Origin: Candidatus Hydrogenedentota bacterium
GTDB taxonomy: Bacteria > Hydrogenedentota > Hydrogenedentia > Hydrogenedentales > SLHB01
DNA length: 64,000 nt
Assembly (NCBI GenBank): GCA_045863295.1
Contig: BTWA01000011.1
Location: 32,001 to 96,000 of the forward strand
Direction of reading: 5' to 3'
Below the pieces are notes generated by a model. It was given only the letters and a program-made list of their open reading frames with translations. It was not told where the DNA came from and did no database searches. Within the stretch, counting starts at the first letter, position 1. Each line of letters starts with the position of its first letter. The translations under genes were made by a program, and so were the position numbers. Positions 20,780 to 31,253 of the stretch are shown piece after piece.

Positions 20780-20945
20780 GCGCCTCGGGGGTGCTGAAGC
20801 CTGGGTCTGCTCCACATGCGGAGCCCGCTCCCGTCGTATGCCCGAAGTCTGCGAACAAACGCAGTAAGCCCGCAGCCAAGAAATCCACTGAGCGGCAATA
20901 AACGGCTCGCTACTGCGGGAAGCCAAATGCACGCTACGACCACCC

Positions 20946-20976
20946 AAAAAAAATGCCCCCGGAACTTCCGGGGGCA
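20946..20976 (-). terminator. Rho-independent terminator between convergent gpsA and ppiD-like genes
   Basis: TGCCCCCGGAA-c-TTCCGGGGGCA hairpin with A8 on the left (U8 on the minus strand). Confidence 0.85.
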
Positions 20977-20995
20977 CTGAGATCAACGTGAAATA

Positions 20996-23002
20996 CTAAT
21001 TCGCAACGGCTTCAGGTGTCGCCGCCGAAGGCTCGGCCGAGGGCGATTCCGCCGGAGCAGCCGGTTCTTCGGCCGGGGTCTCTGCCGGGGTTTCCGCGGG
21101 CGTCGCTGCTTCAGCCCCTGCCTCCGCGGGAGTCGCTTCGCCGGAAGTGGCGGGGTCCGCCACGGGCGCCTCAGGCGTCCCTTCCTTGTTCAATCCCAAC
21201 ACCAGCGCTCGGACATTCTGATCAACACTCCAGAGCACCCGCTCCCGTTTGTCGGCCAAATAGTCCATCACGCGTTCCATATCCGCGCGCGATTTCGCCA
21301 TTTCCACCAAGCGCTCGCGTTCCTTGGGATACTCCTCCGCCCAAGCCTGCTCCGTCGGGCCTTCCTTGGCGGCCACTTCTACGAAGAAGGCGCCGCCCAT
21401 ATAATCATTCACCGGGCCGAACATCTCACCCGGCTTCTTGGACTCAGCCTGCGCAAATACCATCTGCAAGTCCCACATGGGACCGGTGCCAAATGGATAG
21501 TTCATCATCGTAAACGGACCAACACTTTCCACTTTGGCATTCAGTTCGGGCGCAACCGAAGCAATGGCGTCAAGACTCTTGGCCTCACTGCTGATCCGGT
21601 CCAGCATGAGCTTGAGTTGCTCCAAGTAGATCGGGTCGGTCATCCGCGTTTCGCGCGTCAAATCCTCGGTGACCTTGTCTTTCACTTCCGCCAACTCAGG
21701 CATCACACCTGCAACTACGTCCGTCACCTTGGCCACATATACAAAACGCATCGCCGAAATCGGATCGGCAATCGCATCTTTCGCCTGGGATCCCAACTGC
21801 GCACGCAGAAAGCGAACATCGTCACTCACCACATTCGCAATCTCAAGTGACTGATTGTTGAACGGGCCGATGCTCTTGACCTCCAAGCCCTCCTGCGCGG
21901 CCACGGCGGCCAGGTCGCCGCCCTCTTTCGCTTTCGCCGCGATATCCGTGGCCCGCTTCAGCACGGCTTCTTTCTCGGCTTCCGGAAGCGTGGGGCGGAA
22001 AACGATCTGTCGCGCCTTCACTTCGCGCGCCTGCGTCTGCTCGTTGGTGCGCACTTCCTCCGCCTTCAACACGTAGTAGCCGCCCGGCCCATCCAACGGT
22101 CCGCGCACTTCGCCCGCCGCCATGTCAAAGAGCACCTTCAAATGATCAGGGGTGCCTGCCGCATCCGCCACCCAGCCAAGATCGCCGCCGGTTTCTTTGT
22201 CGAACCCCTCGGAATACTGCGTCACCAACGCGGCAAAATCCTCGCCGGCCTTCGCCTTGTCCACGGCCTCCGCGGCGGCCGGAGGCGCCGGCGGCATGAT
22301 AGGAATCGCGATCACATCCGCCGTCCGGTTCTCGGGCGTGCGGTACCGTTCCTGATTTGTCGTGTAATACGACTGAATTTGCTCTTCGGTCAGGTTCACC
22401 GGCGGCTCAACCTTGACATACCGCAACGTCAACGATGTGTGCTGCTTCTCGAACATGTCCTTGAGTTCGCCTTCGAGCACGCGCGAGGACGCCTGCGCCC
22501 GCTCTATCACGAAATTGCGCGCCTCCTGCACCTTCATTCCATCGTACAACTGATTCCAGTTGACATCGCGCCGATCCACGAACTTGTTCCACAACTCCGA
22601 GTCGAATTGGCCGTCGGGCGTCTGGAAATCCTGCCACTGCTTAATCTTGTCGGTGAGAAACGCACGATCGAAATCCACCCCGGAATCGCGCGCTTCCTGT
22701 TCCAGAATCTCGGTATTCACCAAGCGCTCGATAATCTGCATGTCCACGCCCTGGGCCACTAAATCCTCCGCCTTCACCGCTCGGCCCGGCATCGACCGGC
22801 GAGCCAATTCCGCGGACATCTCGCCCCGGAATGCCTCGACGGAAATGGGATTGCCCTCCACCTCCGCAATCGCCACGTTGCTGCCGCCGGAATCGACCGG
22901 TCCAGTCCCCACGCTGGCACCCCAATAAACAAACATGGGGATGAGAACGATGGCCATTGCGTAGAGTACAAAACGCTTGTGTTTACGAAGAAAATCTTGC
23001 AT
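20996..23002 (-). CDS. PpiD/SurA-like membrane-anchored periplasmic chaperone with parvulin domain
   Basis: N-terminal TM then SurA-N-like region; 'GEDFAALVTQYSEG..KETGGDLGW'; Pro/Ala/Glu-rich tail. Confidence 0.8.
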   Translation of the reverse strand: MQDFLRKHKRFVLYAMAIVLIPMFVYWGASVGTGPVDSGGSNVAIAEVEGNPISVEAFRGEMSAELARRSMPGRAVKAEDLVAQGVDMQIIERLVNTEILEQEARDSGVDFDRAFLTDKIKQWQDFQTPDGQFDSELWNKFVDRRDVNWNQLYDGMKVQEARNFVIERAQASSRVLEGELKDMFEKQHTSLTLRYVKVEPPVNLTEEQIQSYYTTNQERYRTPENRTADVIAIPIMPPAPPAAAEAVDKAKAGEDFAALVTQYSEGFDKETGGDLGWVADAAGTPDHLKVLFDMAAGEVRGPLDGPGGYYVLKAEEVRTNEQTQAREVKARQIVFRPTLPEAEKEAVLKRATDIAAKAKEGGDLAAVAAQEGLEVKSIGPFNNQSLEIANVVSDDVRFLRAQLGSQAKDAIADPISAMRFVYVAKVTDVVAGVMPELAEVKDKVTEDLTRETRMTDPIYLEQLKLMLDRISSEAKSLDAIASVAPELNAKVESVGPFTMMNYPFGTGPMWDLQMVFAQAESKKPGEMFGPVNDYMGGAFFVEVAAKEGPTEQAWAEEYPKERERLVEMAKSRADMERVMDYLADKRERVLWSVDQNVRALVLGLNKEGTPEAPVADPATSGEATPAEAGAEAATPAETPAETPAEEPAAPAESPSAEPSAATPEAVAN

Positions 23003-23224
23003 GAATGTTACACCTGATCCGGAACGTTATTGCCCGTGCTGCCTATAGCATGAAAGTACGCCAACTCGAATGCCCGCTGAACCGGGAAACGGTAGCATAC
23101 GCCCGTAAAACAGCGCAAATTCCCGCTTCACCGCCACGGAGGGGAAACCAACGGGAATGTGATAGCATGCCTCAACGAGGCCGTAATTGACAGGTAAATC
23201 CAACACGACGAGGTATAAGGCACG

Positions 23225-23902
23225 ATGGGCGAAATGATCGAATTCCCAATCAACGGCAAATCCAGCCCGGGATATCTGGCTTTGCCCAAAGCCGGGGAAG
23301 GGCCCGGAGTCATCGTCTTGCAGGAATGGTGGGGTCTCGTGGATCACATCAAAGACGTCGCCGATCGCTTCGCACGGGAAGGCTTCGTTGCCCTCGCGCC
23401 TGACCTATACCACGGCAAAACCACGAAAAGTCCAGATGACGCCGGAAAACTCATGATGGCGCTAAACATTTCGGAAACGGAAAAGGATCTCCGCGGCGCC
23501 ATCGCCTACCTCACGGGTCACAAGGCGGTGACGGCAGGAAGCATCGGCACCGTGGGATTCTGTATGGGCGGACAATTGTCTCTGTTCGCTGCATGCGCCA
23601 ATCCTGCGGTCAGTGCGTGCGTTGTCTACTACGGCATACACCCCAATGTGCACCCGGACATCCCGAATCTGAATGCCCCCGTACTGGGCTTCTTTGCGGA
23701 GAATGACGGCTTCGTCACACCGGAAGTCGTGCGCAATCTGGAACAACGTCTGCAAAACGCGAGGAAACAAGTAGAGTTCCACATCTACGACGGCGCCAAC
23801 CACGCCTTCTTCAACGATACGCGCCCAGAGGTATACAACGAAAGTTACGCCGCCGACTCGTGGCAACGCATGATCGCGTTCTTCCGGAACCATTTGAATT
23901 GA
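23225..23902 (+). CDS. Dienelactone hydrolase family protein
   Basis: QEWWGL, APDLY, GFCMGG nucleophile, HAFFND. Confidence 0.93.
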   Translation: MGEMIEFPINGKSSPGYLALPKAGEGPGVIVLQEWWGLVDHIKDVADRFAREGFVALAPDLYHGKTTKSPDDAGKLMMALNISETEKDLRGAIAYLTGHKAVTAGSIGTVGFCMGGQLSLFAACANPAVSACVVYYGIHPNVHPDIPNLNAPVLGFFAENDGFVTPEVVRNLEQRLQNARKQVEFHIYDGANHAFFNDTRPEVYNESYAADSWQRMIAFFRNHLN

Positions 23903-23939
23903 AATCGGGGCGCAATTACGGCCCTGCGCAGGAAATGCC

Positions 23940-25406
23940 ATGATTAAAAAAGCGGCGTTCGTGGTGTCGGCGGCGCTGATTGCTTTGCTATGCGTCGTGG
24001 CCGTTCGAACCATGACGCTTAAGTCGCGTCAAATGCGCGTGGAACCCGTGATCGATTCAGGCATCAACGCGCAACAAGCGGCGGACCGGCTGGCCAAGAG
24101 CCTGACGTTCGAAACGATTTCGTACGGCGTGCCCTCGCCGATCAGCAAAGAGGCCATGACCCAGTTCCATACCTTTCTGGAGACCACCTACCCACAAGTC
24201 CATGCCGCGCTCCAACGAGAGATCATCGGCGGTTTCAGCCTCTTGTACACATGGCCCGGTTCGGACGCCAGCCTGGATCCCCTGCTTATCATGGGCCACT
24301 TCGACGTCGTTCCCGTCGCGCCCGATACGCTCGACCAATGGACCCACCCGCCATTTGCGGGTGTGGTAGAAGATGGCATCGTGTGGGGACGCGGCGCAGT
24401 CGACGACAAGATCAATATCATCGGAACGATGGAAGCGGTGACCCGCCTCCTGGAATCGTCGTATCGGCCCAAGCGGACGGTCATGCTCGCGTTCGGACAC
24501 GACGAAGAAGCGACAGGCAGGGAAGGCGCAAAAGCCATCGCCGCCACGTTACAGGATCGAGGCATTCGGCTCGCATGCGCCGTCGACGAAGGCGGATTCA
24601 TCATCTCCGGCGTCATGCCTGGCATCGAATCGCCGGTGGCACTAATAGGAATCGCCGAAAAAGGCTACGTCACGCTGAAATTGACTGCCAACGACGTGGG
24701 CGGCCATTCCTCCACACCGCCACGCCACGGCGCCATCGGTATCCTGGCCAACGCAGTGAAGCGCCTGGAAGATAACCCCTTTCCAGATCAAATCGACGGC
24801 ATACCGCGTCAAATGCTTGAAGCGCTGGCCCCCGAAATGTCGCTGCCGTACCGCGCCATTATGGGTAATCTCTGGCTGACCAAACCGATCGTGAAACGCA
24901 TCATGAGCGCAAACCCCAAAGTCGACGCGACCCTACGCACGACAACCGCCGTAACCACCATCAGCGGCGGCATCAAGGAAAATGTGTTGCCCACGGAAGC
25001 ATCCGCAACTGTAAACCACCGCATTTATCCCGGAGAGTCCATGGCATCCACGGCCGAACGCGTGAAGCGCATAATTAATGACGATCGCGTGGCCGTGGAA
25101 ATCATGGATGGCAGCGGAAACGAACCTTCTCCGGTATCGCCGATAGGCGGCACCGCGTACAAGGCGATCGAAAAGACGCTGCGCCAGGTGACGCCAGACG
25201 CGTTGGTGGCTCCGTACCTCGTGCTCGGCGCAACCGATGCCCGCTACTTTTACTCGGTTACCGATAATGTCTACCGCATTGTCGCCGTCCGCATTCCCGG
25301 CGATGCTACCGCCATGGTTCACGGCGTAAATGAGCATATCGCCGTGGAAAACGTCGGCGAGGTCGCGGCCTTCTACGCGCAACTGATTCGCAACTTCAAC
25401 GAGTGA
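23940..25406 (+). CDS. M20 family peptidase (PM20D1/carboxypeptidase S-like)
   Basis: GHFDVVP, WGRGAVDDK, GHDEE, VDEGG, GGHSSTPP, HGVNE; N-terminal anchor. Confidence 0.92.
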   Translation: MIKKAAFVVSAALIALLCVVAVRTMTLKSRQMRVEPVIDSGINAQQAADRLAKSLTFETISYGVPSPISKEAMTQFHTFLETTYPQVHAALQREIIGGFSLLYTWPGSDASLDPLLIMGHFDVVPVAPDTLDQWTHPPFAGVVEDGIVWGRGAVDDKINIIGTMEAVTRLLESSYRPKRTVMLAFGHDEEATGREGAKAIAATLQDRGIRLACAVDEGGFIISGVMPGIESPVALIGIAEKGYVTLKLTANDVGGHSSTPPRHGAIGILANAVKRLEDNPFPDQIDGIPRQMLEALAPEMSLPYRAIMGNLWLTKPIVKRIMSANPKVDATLRTTTAVTTISGGIKENVLPTEASATVNHRIYPGESMASTAERVKRIINDDRVAVEIMDGSGNEPSPVSPIGGTAYKAIEKTLRQVTPDALVAPYLVLGATDARYFYSVTDNVYRIVAVRIPGDATAMVHGVNEHIAVENVGEVAAFYAQLIRNFNE

Positions 25407-25418
25407 TTGAGACCGAAT

Positions 25419-25907
25419 ATGTACACACCCATTCTGGCAACGCTCGGCTATGTGCTGTCGGCGGACGGCTCGCGCGTCCTGATGATCCACCGAAACAAGC
25501 GCGGAGGCGATCAACATATCGGTAAATACAACGGACTCGGCGGCAAAGTGGAGGCCGAGGAAGACGTAGTCGCCTCAATGAAACGGGAAATTCTAGAGGA
25601 AGCCGGCATCCGGGTAACCGCCATGGAATTGCGCGGGACCATTTCCTGGCCGGGATTTGGCAAGCATGGCGAAGACTGGTTTGCATTTGTCTTTCTCATT
25701 ACCGCATACGAAGGCGAACCTGTTCGCCATGGTGACGAAGGCGATCTGACCTGGATTGAAGTGAACCGCATTCTGGAACTGCCCTTGTGGGAAGGAGACA
25801 AGCACTTCCTCCCGCTCGTATTCGATCGCTCCAAGACCCCATTTCACGGGGTCATGCCCTACGACGGCGGTAAACCCGTTTCCTGGTCTTTCTCTACCCT
25901 CCACTGA
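25419..25907 (+). CDS. NUDIX hydrolase, 8-oxo-dGTP diphosphatase (MTH1/MutT-like)
   Basis: KYNGLGGKVEAEEDVVASMKREILEEAG Nudix box; LPLWEGDKHFL. Confidence 0.9.
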   Translation: MYTPILATLGYVLSADGSRVLMIHRNKRGGDQHIGKYNGLGGKVEAEEDVVASMKREILEEAGIRVTAMELRGTISWPGFGKHGEDWFAFVFLITAYEGEPVRHGDEGDLTWIEVNRILELPLWEGDKHFLPLVFDRSKTPFHGVMPYDGGKPVSWSFSTLH

Positions 25908-26257
25908 CCGCGGCAAAATTCGTTGAAACCTTTTCTCCACTCGACGGGTATTTAATGGTGCAAGCGGTTCCGCCGATTTGGCGGATTTGACAGCTTTCGC
26001 GCTTTCCCGATCGCCTGTCCAAATGGATGGTAGAATTGGATGTAACTTCGGGAACCGGAAAGTCACTTCTGGGTTGTACGAAGTGATTTCGCCGACATGT
26101 CTGTGGGGCCTCAGACTGAGCGTATCGCAATACGGGTCGCAAACCCTTTCGGGGGCGCGGCCGTACTTCCGCATGGTTAACCTTGAGGTGGTAAGGTATG
26201 TGCGTTGACGAACAGTCCCCAAGGATCTCCGCTCCGCGGAATCCGTCCACGCTCCCA

Positions 26258-27775
26258 ATGGATTCTCCCTCCCCACTCCCCGAATCAAGCAGGCGAAACT
26301 GGTTGTTCGGTGGATTCATCGCGGCGTTGGCCGTGGCCGGTCAGGGATGTCCCCCCGCGCCAAACCCCGATCCCGATCCGGACCCCGATCCAGATCCAGA
26401 TCCAGATCCGGCGCCGGAAGACGAAGCCCTGTTGCTGCGTCTAGTCAACCGCATTTGCTTCGGCTCCACCATCGAGGAGTTCGATCGCGCGAAGTCCATG
26501 GGGTATAGCCAATACCTCGAGTATCACCTCAACTACACAGCCATCGATGACAGCGCGCTCAACGCCAAACTGGCCCAATACACCACGCTGTCCATGACGC
26601 CGGCCCAAATTCTGGCCATGGGCGATTTCGGCATTCGAGCCTCATTCGAACTTACTGCAGCCGTGCTCCTGCGTGCCACCCACAGTAAACGCCAATTGTA
26701 CGAACGCATGGTGGAACTGTGGACCGACCATCTCAACATCCACCTGTCCAGCGAATTTCAACCCTTGCTCAAACCGGTGGATGACCGCGAGACCATTCGC
26801 AAACATGCCCTCGGCAAGTTTCCCGACCTGCTGTCCGCCAGCGCGCACAGTCCCGCAATGCTCGTGTATTTGGACAACGCGCAAAGCTCCAAGGAAGCGC
26901 CCAATCAGAACTACGGACGCGAACTGCTGGAGCTGCACTCCATCGGAGTGGATAACTTCACGCAACAGGATGTGGAGGAAGTCGCGCGCTGTTTCACCGG
27001 ATGGTCTATCGACATCAATGTGCTCGGTCCCAACGTCGGACAGTTTGTCTACTATGACTTCGCCCATGACAATGGCGCGAAAACGGTGTTGGGTAAGACC
27101 ATTCCCGCGGGCGGCGGAAAGAGTGACGGCGACAAAGTGCTCCAACTCCTGACGCGCGATCCCGACATCGCGCCCATGACCGCTCGCTTCATCGCATTCA
27201 AAATTGCGCGCCACTTTTGGGGCTACAACCCGCCTGTCGATTTGCTGAACGCCATGCGTGACGCATATCTCTCAAATGACGGCGACATCAAATCCATGCT
27301 GCGGATCTGTTTGTCGAAAGAATGGCTCGCGCAAGCGCCGCTCAAATACAAACGCCCGTTTCATTACGTCGTGTCCGCACTCCGCTCCATTAAAGCGGAA
27401 CTCGTCGAAGATGTGGACCTGTTCGCCATCGGAGCCATCCTCCAGTGGATGGGACAAGTGCCGTTCCAATGGGCTCCACCCAACGGGTACCCCGACAGCT
27501 ACGGATATTGGTCCGGGTTGCTGCTACCCCGGTGGCGATACGGCGCGCTGCTGTTCCTCCAACCCATCATTGGCGTGGACCTTGCCCCATTTCAGGATCT
27601 CTTGTCGCCGGATGGATTCCTCGATCGCGTGAATGACGTCTTGTTCCAAGGCACGATGACCGCCGAAGAACGCGCCGCCTTGATGGGATTCCTGCAAGGC
27701 GCGCCAAATCAGGAATTGCGAAAGCGCGAGACGCTGGGTCTCGCCGTCTCCTCCCCGGGTTTCCAATGGTATTGA
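26258..27775 (+). CDS. DUF1800 family protein, predicted Tat-exported lipoprotein
   Basis: SRRNWL twin-arginine motif, GQG-C lipobox, (DP)7 linker; QLYERMVELWTDH, PAMLVYLDN, PNQNYGRELLELHSIG, PPNGY. Confidence 0.88.
   Translation: MDSPSPLPESSRRNWLFGGFIAALAVAGQGCPPAPNPDPDPDPDPDPDPDPAPEDEALLLRLVNRICFGSTIEEFDRAKSMGYSQYLEYHLNYTAIDDSALNAKLAQYTTLSMTPAQILAMGDFGIRASFELTAAVLLRATHSKRQLYERMVELWTDHLNIHLSSEFQPLLKPVDDRETIRKHALGKFPDLLSASAHSPAMLVYLDNAQSSKEAPNQNYGRELLELHSIGVDNFTQQDVEEVARCFTGWSIDINVLGPNVGQFVYYDFAHDNGAKTVLGKTIPAGGGKSDGDKVLQLLTRDPDIAPMTARFIAFKIARHFWGYNPPVDLLNAMRDAYLSNDGDIKSMLRICLSKEWLAQAPLKYKRPFHYVVSALRSIKAELVEDVDLFAIGAILQWMGQVPFQWAPPNGYPDSYGYWSGLLLPRWRYGALLFLQPIIGVDLAPFQDLLSPDGFLDRVNDVLFQGTMTAEERAALMGFLQGAPNQELRKRETLGLAVSSPGFQWY
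26369..26410 (+). repeat. 6-bp tandem repeat (GAY-CCN)x7 encoding an Asp-Pro linker
   Basis: GATCCC GATCCG GACCCC GATCCA GATCCA GATCCA GATCCG. Confidence 0.9.
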
Positions 27776-27806
27776 TGGCCGGCCTCGCCGGATTGGGAGT
27801 GTAAAT

Positions 27807-29093
27807 ATGAAGCACATGCAGGAAACGTGCGGGTGCCCTGAATATGCAATGTGGAAACGGCGCGATTTCCTCGGCATCAGCGGAGGTTCGGTCGCAGCGC
27901 TGCTCGCCGCGCCGGCATGGCTGCCTAAAGTCGCCTACGCACAGAGCGCCGTCAGCGGACGCGACGTGATCGTCGTCATCTTCCTCCGAGGTGGATGCGA
28001 TGGACTCACACTCTGCGTGCCGCACGGCGATGACGACTATTACGCATTGCGGCCAACCTTGGCCATCCCTCGACCCGATAGCACGGCAACAGAAAAAGCA
28101 ACCGACCTCGACGGATTCTTCGGTCTGGCTCCCGCCATGTCGCCGTTGCTCGGCGCGTACAACGCAGGGCAACTGCTTATGGTGCATGCTACCGGACAAA
28201 CCGACGGCACGCGCTCGCATTTCGATGCCATGCGGTTCATGGAATTGGGAAAGCCCCGCGATCCCAACATCTTCACAGGCTGGCTCGGAAGACATCTGTT
28301 GTCCTCCCCCCCGACCGATGCAAACGCAATTCTGCGCGCCATCGCCATTGCCGACGCACTGCCGCAATCGTTGATCGGCGCGCCGCAGGCGCTGCCGGTG
28401 CCGGATCCCGCGGAATTCGGGCTCGACGGACTCCCTAACACGGAACAAGCCCGGCTGGATGCATTAATGGAAATGTACGGAAACGCCGACAACCTCCTGC
28501 GCCTGGCCGCCGAAAATACCATCAACACAATGAACCTGCTCGATGCCATCGACTTCGCGGGGTATTCGCCGGCAAACGGCGCTCTGTATCCCGACACCGG
28601 ATTTGGCACGTCCATCAAGTCGGCCGCCGCGCTCATCAAGGCCCAGGCCGGCGTCGAAGCCATCTCGGTCGACCTTGGAGGATGGGACACGCACAGCGGA
28701 CAGGGCCCCATAAGCGGCCCCATGGCCAACCTCATGGGCGAATTCGCGGAAACACTCGCGGCCTTTCACGCGGACGTTATTCAAGGCGGATTCGCCAATG
28801 TAACCGTACTGGTCATGTCGGAATTCGGACGCATGGCCCCGGAGAACGCGAGCGAAGGCACGGACCACGGCCACGGAAATTGTATGGTGCTGATGGGCGG
28901 AAGTATCCTCGGCGGACGCGTGCTTTCAAATTGGCCCGGACTTGGAGCCGCGGAATTGTATCAAGGCCAAGACCTCGACGTTACAATCGACTACCGCGAC
29001 ATCGTGGCGGAAATCGTCTCCAAACGACTGGGAAACCCAAACCTCGCCGATATCTTCCCGGACTACTCACCCACGTTTCACGGCGTGGCGTAG
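27807..29093 (+). CDS. DUF1501 family Tat-exported protein
   Basis: KRRDFL Tat motif; FLRGGCDGL, RSHFDAM, GWLGR, GGWDTH, MSEFGR, GTDHGHG, DYR. Confidence 0.9.
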   Translation: MKHMQETCGCPEYAMWKRRDFLGISGGSVAALLAAPAWLPKVAYAQSAVSGRDVIVVIFLRGGCDGLTLCVPHGDDDYYALRPTLAIPRPDSTATEKATDLDGFFGLAPAMSPLLGAYNAGQLLMVHATGQTDGTRSHFDAMRFMELGKPRDPNIFTGWLGRHLLSSPPTDANAILRAIAIADALPQSLIGAPQALPVPDPAEFGLDGLPNTEQARLDALMEMYGNADNLLRLAAENTINTMNLLDAIDFAGYSPANGALYPDTGFGTSIKSAAALIKAQAGVEAISVDLGGWDTHSGQGPISGPMANLMGEFAETLAAFHADVIQGGFANVTVLVMSEFGRMAPENASEGTDHGHGNCMVLMGGSILGGRVLSNWPGLGAAELYQGQDLDVTIDYRDIVAEIVSKRLGNPNLADIFPDYSPTFHGVA

Positions 29094-29130
29094 AACATCC
29101 TCTATTCTACACAGCGTACGAACCGCCGTA

Positions 29131-29892
29131 TCAGACCATCGTGTCGAACCGGGCCCGTACAGCCTGATACAGTTCGTCCGCCAATTGCTTGCGATCGGTG
29201 CCAGCAATGGGCTGCTCCCCAAACCGAATCGTCGCGCTTAGGCGCGGCAAGCGGAAAACATCGGCCATGTTCTGCGCCAACGTGAGCGGATCCCGCCATA
29301 CAACCACCTCCGACGCGGGCCGGCACCCATCCGGCGTCTTGTACGAAATGGCCGCGTAATACACCGGCAAGTTGCGGCTCGCCGCCGTTTCCAACAACGA
29401 CGGCTTGAACGGGTGTACCGTGGCGTCTTGCGAGATGCCCCCCTCCGCGAAGAAATGAACGCCGTACCCTTTGTCCAGCAACCCCTGCATCAGCTCGTTG
29501 ACCCGCTTCGTGTCCCGCGCCTTGGCCCGATCGATGAACACCGTGTTCATCGTCTTCGCGATGAGTCCAAGAAGGGGCCAACCGGCAACATCCGCCCTCG
29601 ATACAAACGTGCAACCTGCCGTAAGGGACAAGACTATGATGTCGAGATTGGTCAGATGATTTGTAACCAGCATATAAGGCGGCTTCGGCGGACGGCCACT
29701 GACCGTAACCGTCATCCCGATGATGGCCGACGCGACTCGCGCCCAGACGTGCAGTAGAAATCCCCGGACAGCTACTTCCGCGCGGCGGCTGATCGGTACA
29801 AGCACCATCGCCATCACGCGAATCGTCCACATGAACAGAGTCCACACGATGAACGCAAAAGTGCGCCAGGCGACTCGAATTTTGAGCATCAC
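29131..29892 (-). CDS. Lysophospholipid acyltransferase (PlsC-like)
   Basis: NHLTNLD (NHxxxxD), FIDR, FFAEGG. Confidence 0.88.
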   Translation of the reverse strand: MMLKIRVAWRTFAFIVWTLFMWTIRVMAMVLVPISRRAEVAVRGFLLHVWARVASAIIGMTVTVSGRPPKPPYMLVTNHLTNLDIIVLSLTAGCTFVSRADVAGWPLLGLIAKTMNTVFIDRAKARDTKRVNELMQGLLDKGYGVHFFAEGGISQDATVHPFKPSLLETAASRNLPVYYAAISYKTPDGCRPASEVVVWRDPLTLAQNMADVFRLPRLSATIRFGEQPIAGTDRKQLADELYQAVRARFDTMV

Positions 29893-30107
29893 GGCGGGTT
29901 ACACACTCCCAATATCCAACCCACTGCCCCCAAAGGCGAAGTACAATAGCCTATGCGCCGCAACGACTTGGGTCAAGTTGGACCAATCCGGCCAAAAAGA
30001 TGCCTTGCCCCCCGCACCGCTGCTATAATCTCCCAATTTTGGGCCACCATCGGGAATGGACGAATTTGCGTCAACGTTCCCCTCTGAAACCACTTGGAGT
30101 ATGTGAA

Positions 30108-31196
30108 TTGAAGGCGATTCTTGCGCTGGAAAATGGCGACGTTTACGAAGGCATGGGCCTGGGCGCCTCGGGCGAAACCACCGGGGAATTGGTGTTCAAC
30201 ACCAGCATGACTGGCTATCAGGAAATCCTGACCGACCCGTCCTATGCCGGCCAAGTGGTCACCATGACCTACCCCCTCATTGGCAACTACGGCGTCAACC
30301 CCGACGATGTCGAATCGCGAAAGCCGTTTGTAAACGGCTTCGTGGTCCGCGAATGCTGCCATACGCCCTCCAACTGGCGCGCAAAACAGTCCCTGCCCGA
30401 TTACCTCAGCGAGAACAACATTGTCGCCATCGAAGGCGTCGATACGCGCAAAATTACCAAGACCCTCCGCACCCAGGGCGCGCAGAAGTGCTGCATCAGC
30501 ACTACCGATCTCAATCCCGACAGCGTCGTGCAAAAAGCAAAGAACTCGCCCGACATGGCAGGGAGCGACTACGTTAAGGCGGTTTCCGTCAAGGAATCGT
30601 ATGTGTGGAACTCCACCGCCGCGGGCGACTACCGCGTCGTGGCCTTCGACTACGGCATCAAATACAACATCCTGCGATTGCTGGAAAAACGCGGCTGCAA
30701 AGTCACCGTACTCCCCGCAACCGCGAGCGCCGACGAAGCCATGAGCCACGACCCGCACGGTATATTCTTATCCAACGGCCCGGGGGACCCTGCCGCGCTC
30801 CCGTATATCTACCCCACCGTGCAGAACCTGTTCGGCGTGCGCCCCATCTTTGGCATCTGCCTTGGCCACCAAATCCTCGGTCATGCCTTCGGTGGAAATA
30901 CCTTCAAACTGAAATTCGGCCACCGCGGCGGCAACCAGCCTGTCATGAACCACGACACCGGCTGCGTCGAAATCAGCGCGCAAAACCACGGCTTCGCCGT
31001 CGACCCCGATTCGCTCAATCCCGACGACGTCAAAATCTCCCACACCAACTTGAATGACCAGTCCGTCGAAGGTCTGCGCCATTTGAAACTGCCTATTTTC
31101 TCCGTGCAATACCACCCCGAAGCCTCGCCGGGACCGCACGATTCCCAATACCTCTTCGACCGTTTTATCGAGAGCATGGACAAGGTGAAGAAGTAA
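30108..31196 (+). CDS. carA: Carbamoyl-phosphate synthase small subunit
   Basis: TTG start with GGAG RBS; GELVFNTSMTGYQEILTDPSY, LSNGPGDP, GICLGHQ, SVQYHPEASPGPHD. Confidence 0.97.
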   Translation: MKAILALENGDVYEGMGLGASGETTGELVFNTSMTGYQEILTDPSYAGQVVTMTYPLIGNYGVNPDDVESRKPFVNGFVVRECCHTPSNWRAKQSLPDYLSENNIVAIEGVDTRKITKTLRTQGAQKCCISTTDLNPDSVVQKAKNSPDMAGSDYVKAVSVKESYVWNSTAAGDYRVVAFDYGIKYNILRLLEKRGCKVTVLPATASADEAMSHDPHGIFLSNGPGDPAALPYIYPTVQNLFGVRPIFGICLGHQILGHAFGGNTFKLKFGHRGGNQPVMNHDTGCVEISAQNHGFAVDPDSLNPDDVKISHTNLNDQSVEGLRHLKLPIFSVQYHPEASPGPHDSQYLFDRFIESMDKVKK

Positions 31197-31253
31197 GGAG
31201 AATTCGTTTGAAGAAGTGAGCTCCACTACTCAGACTCGCCGGGTCTTGCAGAA

